From Camelus dromedarius (lineage: Eukaryota), in assembly GCF_036321535.1 (NCBI RefSeq), contig NC_087437.1:102302001-102366000 (forward strand): 64,000 nucleotides of DNA, read 5' to 3'. Positions 40,068-53,672 of this stretch are shown piece by piece. The notes beneath the pieces were generated by a model. It saw nothing but the letters and a program-made list of their open reading frames with translations. It was not told the origin of the DNA and made no database searches. How positions within the stretch are numbered: the first letter of the stretch is position 1; every line of letters begins with the position of its first letter. The position numbers were made by a program, and so were the translations under genes.

Positions 40068-40160
40068 GGGGAGAGGGTATAGCTCAGTGGTAGAGGGCAT
40101 GCTTAGAATACATGAGGTCCTTGGTTCAATCCCCAGTACGTCGATCAAAAAAAAAAAGAA
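40068..40160 (+). mobile_element. tRNA-Ala-derived SINE (camelid Vic-1-like)
   Basis: ggggagagggtatagctcagtggtagagggcatgcttagaatacatgaggtccttggttcaatccccagtac plus A tail; Pol III A and B boxes present. Confidence 0.85.
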
Positions 40161-41860
40161 AAGAAATAAGAAAAATCATAATGATGCTTTGTTGTGGTTA
40201 AAACCATACTGTCTTACACAAATAGTATGGTCACAGTAATTCAGTAATAATGAAATCATATCATGCCACTGTTAAGTCAAATAATCTTATCTTAGCAAAA
40301 AATCTCACTGCTGCAGAGAGACGATAGTTTCTGTTTTTCAGACATCCCTGAAAATACGAAGCAGCTGCTTCGCCATGTTTTTGTGAAATAATCTTTGATA
40401 TATATAAAGAACTCCTTCCTTGGAATGTATGACCTTATTGGAAAGTCTTTTTGTAATCCTCTGTTTCCTTGCATTTGGTTTACATTTTTATTAATATGTG
40501 GTACCTATCACTTAATTGGCCTGTTTCTTAGGATTGTGCTAAGCTTTGGTCTCACTGTCAATTCTAAGTATTTTTCTAAACATCACCAGTTCCAATTCTC
40601 AAACGGGCTCTGTTTTTGTTCTTTTAGCCAGGTGTGTATGAATAGATGCACAATAAGTAAAACATTATTGGGAGTAAAGAGGCATGTTAAATATATCATA
40701 CTTATCAAAAAGGAAAAAAACAAACAAACCTGCTTTCTTGACAATTCCCCACTCTTTTTATTACTGTTTCTTAAAACATAAAGCATGTTAAATATTTTCT
40801 GGATTCCCTAACACAGTGTATGGGACCCCAATCTCTAATGATAGAAGCCAGCCTACTAAAACGTTCACTACACTAAACAGTGTGTTTAAAACATAGCTCA
40901 TTTTTCATAGCTCATTAGCTCATTGAATGATTTTGTCTAAGTTATGAAGGCAAAATGGGTCTAAACTCCTAGGGCACGTCTTTTCTTCTTCTACTCAGGA
41001 AATTTACACCTTCATCACTTGCTCTCAGAACAAAGAGTCTTTTCAGTAAGGACAGTATTTTGAAGCATTGCTAAAGTAAGAAATAATGAGAACATACTGC
41101 AAGAGTCAGTTAAAGAAATACAGTCAGAGAATAAGAAATTGAATACTGAGAAAAAGAGTTACACAAACACTTAACCCGGGCGGTCTCTCTGGGCTTCCTG
41201 GTTTTGCTGTTTTATTTGTGAAAAAGAATGTGGATGGATAAAGAATCACACCAGGGTTTAAGTTCATCTTTTAGTGAGGGGACATCCACATGTTTCTATG
41301 GTTAGGAATCTATTTTTATATGGTTTCATTAGACTGCTGTGTGTAGAATCAATTGACAGCAGGAACCAAAGGTCAGGGAGTTTAAATGATCCTTTAAGAA
41401 TGATTCCTATAACATGTGTCTTGGGCAGGTGACTATTAATGATAAAAAGAAATAGAGACCAATAACAGAACTAATACACAAAGATAGAGGTTTTTCTAAA
41501 TAGACTCCTTAAATCTAAAAGTTATATATTATGCATATATGGATTTCTATTATCTGTGTTTCATATGTATATCTGTTTCTCTTGAAATTTGTACTTATGT
41601 ATGAAAGTATGATTATATAGTAACTTATTCCAATTTATATACACATAGAATGAGTTCTGTGTAATTTCACATATATATGCATATAAATTACATAGCTACT
41701 TACAGGAGAAGTGTGTTATGGATAAAAATGTAAAAATATAATGTACTTGCAGTCAAATCAAATTAAAACCAATATATTGGCCAAACCATAATATGAATAG
41801 TCAAAATGGAGGAGTTATTTAAAATGAAATATTCAGTAAATCAAAAACCAGGGCAGTTTA

Positions 41861-42658
41861 TAGTTTTTTGAGGAATCTCCAATGTTTTCCATAATGGCTG
41901 CACCAAACTATGTTCCCACCAACAGTGTAAGAGGGTTCCCTTTTCTCCACACCCTCTCCAGCGTGTATCATTTTTGGACTTTTGAATGATAACTATTCTA
42001 ACTACTGTGAGGTGATACACTCCTAGGCATATATCCAGAGGGAACCTTAATTCAAAAGATACATTCACCCCAATGTTCATAGCAGCACTATTTACAATAG
42101 CCAAGACATGGAAACAATCTAAATGTCCATCAACAGAATGACTGGGTAAAGAAATAGTGGTATATTTATACAATGGAAAACTACTCAGCCATAAAAAATA
42201 ATAAAATAATGCCATTTGCAACAACATGGATTGACCGGGAGATTGTTATTCTAAGTGAAGTAAGCCAGAAAGAGAAAGAAAAATACTGTATGATATCATT
42301 TATATGTGCAATCTTAAGTTCATTTGTCTTTTTTTTTTACAAGACAGACTCACAGACATAGAAACCAAACTTATGGTTACCAGGTCGGGGGAAGAGGGGT
42401 GGCAAAGAATAAATTGGGAGTTCGAGATTTGCAGATGCTAATTAATACATATAAAATAGATAAACAACAAGTTTATACTGTATAGCACAGGGAACTATAT
42501 TCAATATCTTGTAGTAACTTATGGTGAAAAAGAATATGAAAATGAATATATGTATGTTTACGTATGACTGAAGAATTATACTGTACACCAGAAATTGACA
42601 CAACATCGTAAACTGACTATGCTTCAATAAATATATATATACACACACACACAAAAAC
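41861..42658 (+). mobile_element. Young L1 with 5' inversion (41861-~42018 antisense, ~42019-42658 sense)
   Basis: Orientation switch at ggtgatac|actcctagg; TSD aa(c/g)cagggca(g/a)ttta at 41846-60 and 42659-73. Confidence 0.9.
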
Positions 42659-45537
42659 AAGCAGGGCAATTTACTGATAGCTCTGGATTACATCAAAATA
42701 GTAAAAATTTGAATTCTACATAAAGGAAATCTATTGACTATGATTATTATAAATTATGGCTTCTTAATTCTTGAGGGATATGACAGACCCAATTTGGAAC
42801 ATCAGTATGTATGGTGAGTGTATGTTTAGTTAAGCCATAGCTAGAGAATGAACAAATAATGAACCATAATATTGTCCCAAAGTATAGGTCAGAAAAGTGA
42901 TTTAATTTCTGTTGTACAAAACAGTATTTTTCATATAATAAATCTGAAGGAAACGAGACAGAGACTACATTTTTTTCTAAATGGGGCTGAAAAAGGACCT
43001 CGGCAGAAAGACTCCACGTTCATATATTATCACAATATTTTTATCTATTGGAAGATGTGCACTCAACTTACACTCTGCTGGTGATCTCATATAGTTCAAA
43101 CCAATTAGGTCACTAAATAATATTTTTTCATAAAAATTAATTTCATGAGACCTTTCATAATCAATAATTAAATGTTATTTTTGCTTAAGTGAATGATGTA
43201 CTAGGTTAAACTCATCCAACTAAATTCAAACACTACATTTTTAAAGGGAGCAAAAAGTGTATATTAAATATCAATACTTTTGATTTTTGAGTAGAATCTT
43301 TTTGACTTCACAGTTGCTGGAATACAGTACTTATTGTGGGAACACTTTTCATAATCTTTCATCAAGTAATTTTTGTATTTCTTCAGATTTTTTAACCAGG
43401 GCTCCATTCATTTCCATAAAATTTACCTAAAATTAGAAAGTCAGTTTTCTGAATAAATTAGAGTGATTTTAGAATTGAGTTTACCTTGCAAATGGCAATT
43501 AAACTTAGGATCTAAGATGAGATCAAGGTCAATATGAATCTTTTGGTTTCCTTGCTACTTAATTTCCTGTCTGTTTTTGTTTTTACACTTTTATTTCCTT
43601 TGATAAAGTTAATAATATTCATGTATGATTGAACAGTTGCACCCTGTTGGACTAATTAATTTTGAACTTTAAAGTAAGAATAAATGAGTACATTTTATTA
43701 CACTGTAACTATATTTTCATTAAAAAATCCACTTGATCTCTAATAGTAGAATTTAGACCTTTGTGTTTTTGATCAATGCAGAATTAGATTGCCAGTCAAG
43801 CTGGAAGTCAACTGTTTCAAAATAAACTCAAATATTTGAAAGAAATTTTAAAACTTTGTTTTTATAATTATGTATGCATCTATATCCTATAGTATACTAT
43901 ACAAGTTTTATTTACTTACAAGTACAGAAATTTCTCTGTTGTCAAGAGTAAATGAATTAATTAGTTATGTATAGAATAAACAATCTGGTTTTGAATATAT
44001 GATAACTTTTGAAATAATTAATGGACTGTAATGGTTCCTTGGAAACTAATAATTGATCATATAATCTACTTACAGTGCTTATTTATATTTTTTTTACTCC
44101 AAGTTAAATAGCATGTAGATACTTTTAATAGTGAAAAAGGCAAAAAAAAATACACCAAAGATTATTTTATTTTATCAAACAAGCAGTGTTTTGATTTAAG
44201 TTCTTTAACTTTGTTCTTTCATGTCTCAATCATTATTGAATATTCATTGCAATTTACCCTATAAATTCTTCTAAACTAAAGGACCATTATCATGAGAAGC
44301 AATATATATGAAATTATAGGAAACAGATGGTCTAAAATGTCTTGAACTTTTGTTGGAAATATTTTGGTGAAAATATGTAGTAAAAGTTGCTCAAGTACAG
44401 GAAACAGTCTTTTTAAAATTTATGTTAACATTTATAAACTTTAGTACAAACTTACTTTATCATGGATAACTTTAAGTAAACCTTCATATGATCCTCAGAA
44501 AACTCAGTGCCATTGCTTAAATTATTTTATATGACTTGAAGTTTTGGGGCTTTTTTAAAACATATTCAGAAGAGTTTTTCCCAGAAAAGCAGATTGATCT
44601 GTTCAGTTTTATCTTGGCATCCAAATGTTACATATTCAGAGTTGAGGGAAGATGGGGTAGGGAATGTAAAACTTGATTTAAATGTTCTAATTCTCATTTG
44701 GTTATTCTCTTTTTCACCAAGGAGAGCTATACAACATGAAGTCAAGTCACAGGAAAGGGTGAACAACTGGGTCATTTAATTCAAAGGAAACACAAATATA
44801 TTATATCTCACTATGGGGAGCAAGCAAGATTTCAGTTTCTAAGGACACCCTACAAAGCAGTCATGTATAAGACAGCTCTGTACTAAGTTGGTTTTGAATG
44901 AGAATAGAATTAACGTTCTTTTAATGCTACTGTTTCCGTTCTTTAAGAGAAGTATTTGACTAGGATTATTTCCTGCTATCCCTTGTTTTTCCATTATTTT
45001 ATTTTCCTGTATTTTCATTTAGTTTTGTTTTTGTTTGTGCTTTTTTGTTTGTTTCTTGCGTGCCACCAAGGTTGTAGTGAGACTGGAATTGATGAGGATG
45101 CTGGAAGTGTGTGGACACTAGCATGATAGTGGAATATACTTCTAATTGTTTCAGAAACTTTGTTCTCATTTTGATGGGATATAATTTTTAACTGAATCAA
45201 AATGCAAAGACAGCCAAGTCTTATGCTTCAGAATTTATGTAATATATCCCATACATGAATGTTCATTTTCAGTTTGGACAGGTACATTCTATCTACCCCA
45301 TTCCCAGTATCCAGATAACATGTTAAGATGCTAAAGGAATGTATAATATGTGTATGGATGGGTGTCAGCAGCAGAGGCAGGAGGGATCTCATTATGACTG
45401 AAATTGCACAGAATGTGTTCCCATCTGCATCTCTCTGCCATATTACAAATACATTAGTGAGCACACTGAAATGCTTAGCTATATCACTTGATCTGTAACA
45501 TTATTAATAGACTATGCAGCAAATTATGATATTTTCT

Positions 45538-46015
45538 TATTCATCCATATATTCATTCATTCATTCAACCAATATTAAGTGCTTTCATTTGTCTGGCATT
45601 GTACCCTAGAGGTACAAGGTTGAACAAAAAGAAATAATACCAGTCATCATAGAACTTACAGTTTAGGAAGGAGCAAAAATAAGTTCAGAAATGGCAAAAA
45701 ATAAGTATGTAACTGCAAACTGGAAAAGGAAAAATACTCGATACTAAGAAATGATGGAAGAGAGGTGCTTGACCTAGTCAGAGAAAGAGAGGAAAGTTCT
45801 CTCCAGTGAGATCTGAAGAATAATTGCAAAGAATGAACAGGTTAACTAAGCACAAAGTAGAAGAACATTTAGATAAAGGCAACCCCGCATGCTACGGATG
45901 GGAAGGAGCATGGTGTGCTTATGGAAATGAAAGCAGACTGCTGTGGATGAAACACAGAGAATAAACAGGGAGAGGGGGATGAAGAGGGTAGCAGAGCGCA
46001 GATCATCGTGAACCA
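45538..46015 (-). mobile_element. L2 3' region
   Basis: (ATTC)n end ttcattcattcattcaac...tcatagaacttacagttta...gagatctgaaga. Confidence 0.75.
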
Positions 46016-49000
46016 TTCTAGTGGCATGGAGTTTAGTACCATTTATTCATTTACAGTTTCCATTGAAGGAATTTATATTAAGCTTTCTTAATGATATCAC
46101 GATTCCTCGTGCAGATTTATTACCTAGTCTTACTTTCTTCACTCAGCAACTAACTATTGAGTGATTACTTGCGAATCAGTTCTTTTTCAGCAAACCTGGA
46201 TTTTGTCACCCCAGGAAAGCAGATGATTTAGACTAGAGGAACTGGAGTTGCTTTTCTGTCTAGAGTATTGAGTGTCCCATAGTATTTATAATGCACCAAA
46301 AAGTAATGATTCATAAAATATCAATACTAATTGAGGAATATAGCAAAGTGAAGATTTATTCCATCTTAATTTCAAGTATTTGAAGGGACTGAGAGTCAGA
46401 TCATTTATTGCACTTCTCTATGGTGACATTATTTTAAAGGTGTCATTTAAATCCATTTTCAGTGCAATTCAGTAATTCATAAATGATGAATGCATTATTT
46501 AATATTTCAGTTGAGACATTGGTTAGATATGGAGGTTCAATTGTTTTAATAAAGAGTGTAAAGATTTGCTTGCATCTTAAATTAGAATCGTACATTTAAT
46601 TAATAATTTTAAACTGACCATGTCTTTCGACTTGTCAGAAACATCATATATTTATTGTAAAACAAATGTTGTATGTTGTTTTTTAGATCCATTTAACTTT
46701 CAATTTTGAACAGCCCTACAAAGAATGCACTGCATGAAAAGAGAAAAATGATGAGTTCACTTACATAGCTGCACTCTTAGTCCCAAACCAATAAGTCTTT
46801 TGCCCTTTTTCTCATTTATCACATGTTTGTAAGAGAGACTTGCCTTAGGGGAAAAAATGTTAAACAGGAAAGTTAATATTTGAAACACATACCTCATCTT
46901 TTTCTTGTCACTTTTCTTTTTACAAACAAAATAAAATGGTAGCTGAAAGTAAATCATTTTGAGCAAATAGAACATGAGTATATACTAAATGTCTTGACCT
47001 TTTATTTATAGTCTGTATATTATTGTTCAACTGAGTGCATTGTGATTCAAGTGAAAGATGTACAAAGCACATTCCTGTTCAACCAGAGTATGTTAAAGGA
47101 CTCCAAATGGTCATTAGATGGAGTTCTGTTTCAAGAATCAGAGTTGGGGACACAGTGATTTCTATGTGTATCCAAATTAATGTGTTCTTGCTCTCATGCA
47201 AAAAAAGGGCAAATTGTCAAGCACAGATCTCAGGTTTGCTGCAACAGCATTTATTGTTAGTGCTTGCAAAGATGAAAATCAGTGACAATCATGCAGCCCC
47301 CATTGCTCTGTCACATTCTGGACCAACCGATAGAAATCTGAAGTGCGTTCACAGGACCTGAAGTGAGATCTAGGGAAAAAGACCGCAGCCCTTGAGGTGT
47401 GCGGCTTTTGGAAAGAACCAGAGAGCTTCTCCTCTGATGGTAGCCAGGGCCACATACAAAAGTAACATGATGACTCAGAACCTTGAATCCAAGGAACCCT
47501 ATTGCCGGTTCAGTGTAGATGAGGGTTGAGGTTTAGAGGGAAAAACTCCCTTTTCTAGGAGGATATGTTTGGAGTCTGAGGCACAAGATATATAATTGTG
47601 GTTGTATTATGTGGCAGGCTCCTTGCCACATCATTGTTCATGGGTGAACTGGGACTGGGGTCCAAACTTCAAGGTTGACCTTAATTTTTTTTTTTCCACT
47701 AGGCAGTGGATTTGTGTGTTACTAGAACCCTCTCTAGCAATCTCTCTTGCAGGGGTTAGCATTAGACAAGTTAACCCTTACTTTTCACTTGCATGCATCA
47801 AGAGTAATTTGACACAATTTGAAGACTCAAAAGAACAAGTATTCAAGGCCTACAATTATCACTATAGTCAATTATCCCTTTAGATTATATTTGGTGTCTC
47901 TGTGGCAACTCATTCACATTCCCCAGGAAGATTGCCACTTCTGTTTCCTCAGAATCATTTACATTTTGGAAAGTTGCCATACAGGTATAGTGGGAGTTAT
48001 GAACTGTGATAAAATGGAATCGTTTTTTAAGTAATGGCATTAATACATATGTCTTGATCTTGTAAAGGAATTAATATAACTGATTTTTTAATTCTTTTTT
48101 ATAGTTAAACACTTTTTTCTCAAAAGCATGTAAGTACTGTTTGGTTAGTTTCATTTTTTGAAACTATTTTTTATAAGGAAAAATAAGTGTATGAACTAAT
48201 TCATGTATATTTATATACATATATAATTATATGAATTAATATGTACACATAGATATTTCTTAAGCGACATTAAGCCACACTATTGCTTCAGGTGTAGGTG
48301 AGAATTTTTATAAAGCTTTCTAGTGTACAGGATTTGTTTTCATTTGCATTCAACTGCTATCTGAACATTATACAACAGCAAAAATATAAAAGCTGATTTT
48401 TTTTGACCCACTTTTTTCACCTTAAGATGTTTTCGTCATGTTCACAATTGGTTTACTATATTCTCATTGTCAACAGAACTTTGTGCTTTTCAACATTTAA
48501 CACCTGTGAAGAGCTATGACTTTATTGCAAGCAATAGACATAATTGGTTGCAAAAGAACTTCAACTCATTAACAAGTATTTAGGACTTACAACAAAGGTT
48601 TTTCAGTTAAAAGAACTGAGAATTTATTTTACATTTTTATTTAGAGTTTTATTTAGTTTCAGATTTTAATATGTTTACCTTCAGATTCTTGGTTATCTCT
48701 GGTGACCTCTGGATACTACTTCTTTAGCTGTCTCTGTTATTCTCTATACTTTTATGTCCATGTTTATTAGTAATTTCAGTGTGTTTTTTCCTCAGTAAAG
48801 ATACTATATTCAGTAGTCCTTCTTTCTTTGAAGACTGTCTCTTTCACCCTTCTTGTGTAAGTGTGTGTATCTTTATTGTATAAGAAAACACAATCCGTAA
48901 AACAACAATAAGTATTAATGAGTTTTTAGTACCCAAACTTAGTATTTTTAACATAAAAATTGACCAGGATTATGGAAATCTTGGCAGAGAATGGGTGGGA

Positions 49001-49190
49001 GGGTAGATCAAGTTTAGGTTGGTGGGAGGAGGTTGGGTGGCCCTCCAGAACAGTAGGAGGTGAGTGCAGACACAAAAGTAAATGAATTTGTGAGTTAGCC
49101 TAGAAGAGGAGCTGGAGTTTATTTTCCTTCCCTTTTTTCTTTAGTCTCTTGAACCACATAACTTTTTTTTTTTTAAACAGGCCTACAGAT

Positions 49191-49675
49191 TATCAGTGCA
49201 AATAATCAATAAACAATCTATAGTAAGAACAGAAGAGAGTTTTATTCCAGTTAAACCGAGGACTATAGTCCAGGAAACAGATTTGAAGTAGTTCGGAAGG
49301 CACTACTTCTAAGAAGTAGGGGAGGAAATGGCATATATATGAATATTTTGGCTAGGAAATACATGTAGTAGAACATACATCTTGGTAAAAGATTACTGCT
49401 AATTACAAAGCACAGATATCTCAAGTTAATGATTTTAGTGACTTTCTGTTTGGGAAGATACAAGAATGTGGGGTCATTAAAATTCTTCCTGAGGTATGCA
49501 TCCTAACTATCTATGGGCTGTGTATTCAAAGCACAGAATGCCTTATCCTGTTTTGTTTTTGTTTTGTTTTGTTTTTTCCTGAATCCCTCTCAGGGCACAC
49601 TGTCAGTGAGTGACTGCAGTGGGTTGCAACTTAACCCTTTGTATCTTGGATGGAGGGCAACACTCTTTTCTTTAA
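49191..49675 (-). mobile_element. ERV1-type solo LTR related to 21037-21485
   Basis: agttttattccag...gaggactatagtccaggaaac matches the reverse complement of ~21400-21441; flanks agat/tgat. Confidence 0.75.
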
Positions 49676-50314
49676 TGATTAAAACAGATGTACAATGTAT
49701 GTTTGGCAGACCATAAGACAGGCTGTTTTAGTTAGCATAAAATTCAAGCCAGATCATGCACAAACCAGAATGACTTCTTCATCCCTCAATATGTGAAAAT
49801 TTCTTCTGTTAAGAGTAAGAAATGACTTGTAGTGGTGTAACATCACGTATCGGCATGCTGTATATTAAATGAGCAGCTGTAGATTGACAGGTGACCAGAT
49901 TATGTTCCATGGTTCTGTAATATCTTCCATTCCAAAATCAAGCACTTTTCCATAGACACATGTTTTCCATCAAAATTACTTTCAGTACCAAATTGATTTG
50001 AAAATAAACTTTAGGTTCATAAAGTATATGTTGTGCAAATTACTGTGTAAAAGTTAAGGTATTTGAGGGCAGTCATATCTAACTACAGTCTTCATCACTG
50101 CCATCCTCTTTCACCACATCTCTGTTTTTTCCTCTCCTCCCATCTACACATATATTTCCCTTCTACTGCGTTCCTTGAGCTTTCAGAAGTGGTCCTCAGT
50201 GAATCCTGAAGGCTGAGCCTACCAAAGAATGTTCCCTGATAAATCAACTTCCACCTCACCCAATTTAAAGTAGATAATTAGGAAGGTTTGAGAGACTGTT
50301 CTTTCTGTTTTTAA

Positions 50315-50413
50315 ATTTTTTCTTTCTTTCCTTTCCTTTTTTCTTTCCTTTCTTTCCTTCCTTTCCTTCTTTCCTTCTTTCCTTCCTCTCTTTCTTTCTT
50401 TTTCTTTCTTTCC
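50315..50413. repeat. Polypyrimidine (TTTC/TTCC)n simple repeat
   Basis: About 98 nt of pure C/T. Confidence 0.95.
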
Positions 50414-50939
50414 ACCACTTAATGGCTTCCAAGGAGACAGATGTCATTTAGTTGCTATGTCCTAGTGTCTATGGGTGAATGTGTCTGTGTGTCCTGTACG
50501 TTTGTGGCAAGGCTTAGGGAGAAAAGAATAAAAATCGCTTTTGAGGATGGCAGAAAAAGATGATTATGTTGGGCAAAATCTTTACTACTTGAAGGTGTTA
50601 TGACCCAATTTTTTAAAAATTCATGGGATATTTTAGGGATATGCAAAAGACTGTCTGGAAACATAGAGTGTTATTTCCTAATGTACATAAACATCTCTCA
50701 AAATATTCATACATTCTGTTTCTAATAAAAATATCATGTGTGTCTGTTGGTATTCTTTCATCAGTCATATCACTGTCTGTTTATGAAATCACGTTCTTCT
50801 TAAGTCTCTAAATACTTACTTTCCAATCTTTCATATAGTGATTTTTTGAAATTTATTATACAAGGCATAATTGCAAAGGCAATTCCTCTGTGAAATCCTT
50901 GCCCTCATTTACTTGCAGCAAACATCTTTTTTCTGCACT

Positions 50940-51325
50940 TGGTAGTAGCCAAGGAGAAGCTTAGCTCCAAGAAAGAACATGTATTAATGTACAGTGAGCT
51001 GACAGCCTCCAGAGGCAGTGTCTTCATGATTTCCTTCAGTATTTGAGCCAAAGCCAAGGTCTTCCAGGACAGCCTGCCATCAGTGACTGAGCATGGTGGG
51101 TGTACTGCAGCTTGGTCATGTTTGCTCAGCTGTGGACTATTCTGACTTGGCTCTAGAGCTTCCTGTTGTGTTGGCTGAGACCCTGAAAGGTGTGTGATGT
51201 GCTCTGAGACTCTGTCCAGTCCTGCTTTCTACTCCCTTTATCTTTTACAGGCATCATTTGCCAAGCAATCATGTCGCCTCCTAACTCTGTCTCAGTGTGT
51301 GCTTCCTGGAGTGTCCTACTGACAC
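50940..51325 (+). mobile_element. LTR16-type ERVL solo LTR
   Basis: gctgacagcctcca...cagtgactgagcatgg...cagtcctgctttct...ctctgtctcagtgtgtgcttcctggag. Confidence 0.7.
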
Positions 51326-51618
51326 ATCCATCAAGAAATGCAAGGCCAGCAGTCATGTTTTCCTACCATCTATCCACAGACCGTCATACATTTCCATCAG
51401 TTTCCATCACCATTTCTCCAGAGTTGGATATCCAGTTGTTTATTTTTTTAGAACAAAGGAAAAATCCTCTACATTGACCTTGACCTATCTCATTTCTCTT
51501 TCTCATTATCACCTCTTTCTATCACTTCTACATGAAACTTTCCTTCTCTACTGCTCCAAAGCATCCCTTGGTTGCCAGTTCATATTTAAGAGTCACAATG
51601 GTATGTTCGCTCTGGGAG

Positions 51619-52070
51619 TGTGGAGTGTGTTACATTGTGGCTCCCAAAAAAATATATGTTCACATTCTAAGCCCTGGAACCTGTGAATGTGACCCTATTT
51701 GGAAAAAGGCTCTTGGCACATGTAATTAAGGATCTTAGGATGAGATCATCCTGAATTCAAATGTGCCCTAAATCCAGTAACATGTGTCTTTATAAGAGAA
51801 GTGTAGGAAAGAAGACAGACACAAGGAAGAAGGTCATGTAAAGATGAGGCAGAGTTTTCCAAGCTGCCAGAAGCCAAGGAATGCCCGGAGCTACAAGATG
51901 CTGAAAAAGGCAAGAAAGGATTCTCCCTGAAAGCCCTCAAGGGAATGTGGCCCTATCAACACCTTGATCACAGACTCCTCCCCACTGGAACTTTGAGAGA
52001 ATGAATTTCTGTTGTCTTAACCCACCAAGTTTGTGGTAATTTGTTAAAGCTTCCCTGGGAAACTGATATA
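51619..52070 (+). mobile_element. MLT1C-type MaLR solo LTR
   Basis: ccctggaacctgtgaatgtgaccctatttggaaa...agccaaggaatgcc...ggaaactgatata; TSD gggag/gggtg. Confidence 0.9.
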
Positions 52071-52959
52071 GGGTGAGAAGGGGAATGGGCAGGGTGGACT
52101 CTAGCTGATCAGTTTTCTCTAAAGTTATTAAAAAATAACTTTTTTAATTTTCCAGTGGGTAAATATTTCCTCTGTAGATTACTAGTTTTTCCAGGAAATA
52201 ATTCTCAACCCCAGTGGTGGGACAAGGTTTTGTATCCATGTCAGACAGCATTCCAAGAAAAGCCCAGAAATATTCTGGAGGGTGTAGGGCACAAGATTCA
52301 GAGTGAAGACTTTCACTTATGCTTCTCTTTTCTATCCATTGCTTTTTCTTTCCCTGCCCCTGTGCCAGAGATCCTGAAGTTTGGAGCATTCTGGTTCAGT
52401 ATTTTAGAGGATAAATTTCTGATACCCTTAGGGTCCTAGGGGAGATCAAGATAAAGCTGCTCATCCAATCCTTCTAATTTCAGCCCCAAGTCCTTTGTCT
52501 GCCCCACCCCTCTAGCCCATCCCTCCAAACCCTAAACACTTAAAAGATTCAAGTGAACTGAATTAGTTTTATTTCTCATTTTCCCTCTTTTCACTTAGGT
52601 TCTTTCTTTCTCTGTTCTACTGAAATGTGCATCCCTTCCATTTCTTTTAAAATATGCAGTGACAGTGTTTCTTCATTTTTTTTTTCCCTCTCCATTGTTT
52701 AGTTCTTGTGACCTATATGCCTCTTGCCATTTTAGTGGTGTTTGGAAACACAACAAAGATAATCTTGTTCAGTTTGAAAGTTTTACAGTAATTCTCCTCT
52801 CTTCCTTTTTATTTTATCTATTTGCTGACAACAGTGTTTATAAATTTAGCAGAGCTGCAAAGCTGAAAGGAAATTCAAATTTGTTTCTTTTCCCTCATCT
52901 CCCCTACAGCTCAGTCACAAAGGCATACTTGCCCCATAATATTTTTATGATAAGTACAC

Positions 52960-53672
52960 TCACTAATCTCTATACCTAAAAACACTGACTTAGTTAGGCT
53001 TCTCGTCATCTCCCAATTAAGTAGTGTAACCTGTTCTCCCTTCCTTTGATAGTGGATCCTCGAGTCCATCATCCACAGACCTGCCAAGTGATCTATCTCA
53101 TATGTATAGCTGGCTGTGTCCTTTTCTTTTTAAACCCTTCAACAACGGCTTTTATGGTGCTGGATCAAAGTGTAATTCCTTAGTGTGGAACACAGAGCCT
53201 GCCTGCTATGACCTCTTGTCATTATCTCATCCATACATTTTCTTGGCTCCCAGGCTTCACTCTATGTTCTAAAATCACCTACAATCTCTGTAGCTCTGTC
53301 ATTTTCTCTAGTTAAACTGACTTTCCCATTTCATCTTTTCTTTTCAATCTCCTACTGATATTTTTAAACAAATCAGGCACAGTTTCCTTCTCCACTATGA
53401 ATCCTTCCTTGCCCACTTCCTCCCCCTTACCCCTCCCCCTTACTTTGCTCCACAAGGCTGGTTTAGTTACTGATTACTTTCTTTGCTCTTGGATGCTACC
53501 TCTATTATTATCTTGATCACATTTATTGTAATTCTCTTTAGATGCTCTCTTTTGCTTCTCTGAGATGTGGGTGTTTTGAAGTAGGCAATGCTCTTTATTC
53601 ATAGATTTAATTTATTGCTTTTAGAATGGTGGTGGGCACCCAGTGAAGCTTACTGAAGATATGAATCAATTG
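52960..53672 (+). mobile_element. L2 fragment
   Basis: taaacccttcaac...tccactatgaatccttcct...ggtgggcacccagt...tgaagatatgaat. Confidence 0.55.

Noticed and set aside
40071..40145. Functional tRNA-Ala gene
   Set aside because: Mutated anticodon loop and stems, an attached A tail and a second truncated copy indicate a SINE.
40892..40925. Three copies of tagctcatt (also the 17-bp pair aattataagca.cact at ~55532/55558)
   Set aside because: Short slippage duplications; no repeat-spacer periodicity, so not a CRISPR-like array.
50265..50447. Lys/Arg/Glu-rich ORF
   Set aside because: Translation of the (TTTC/TTCC)n simple repeat.
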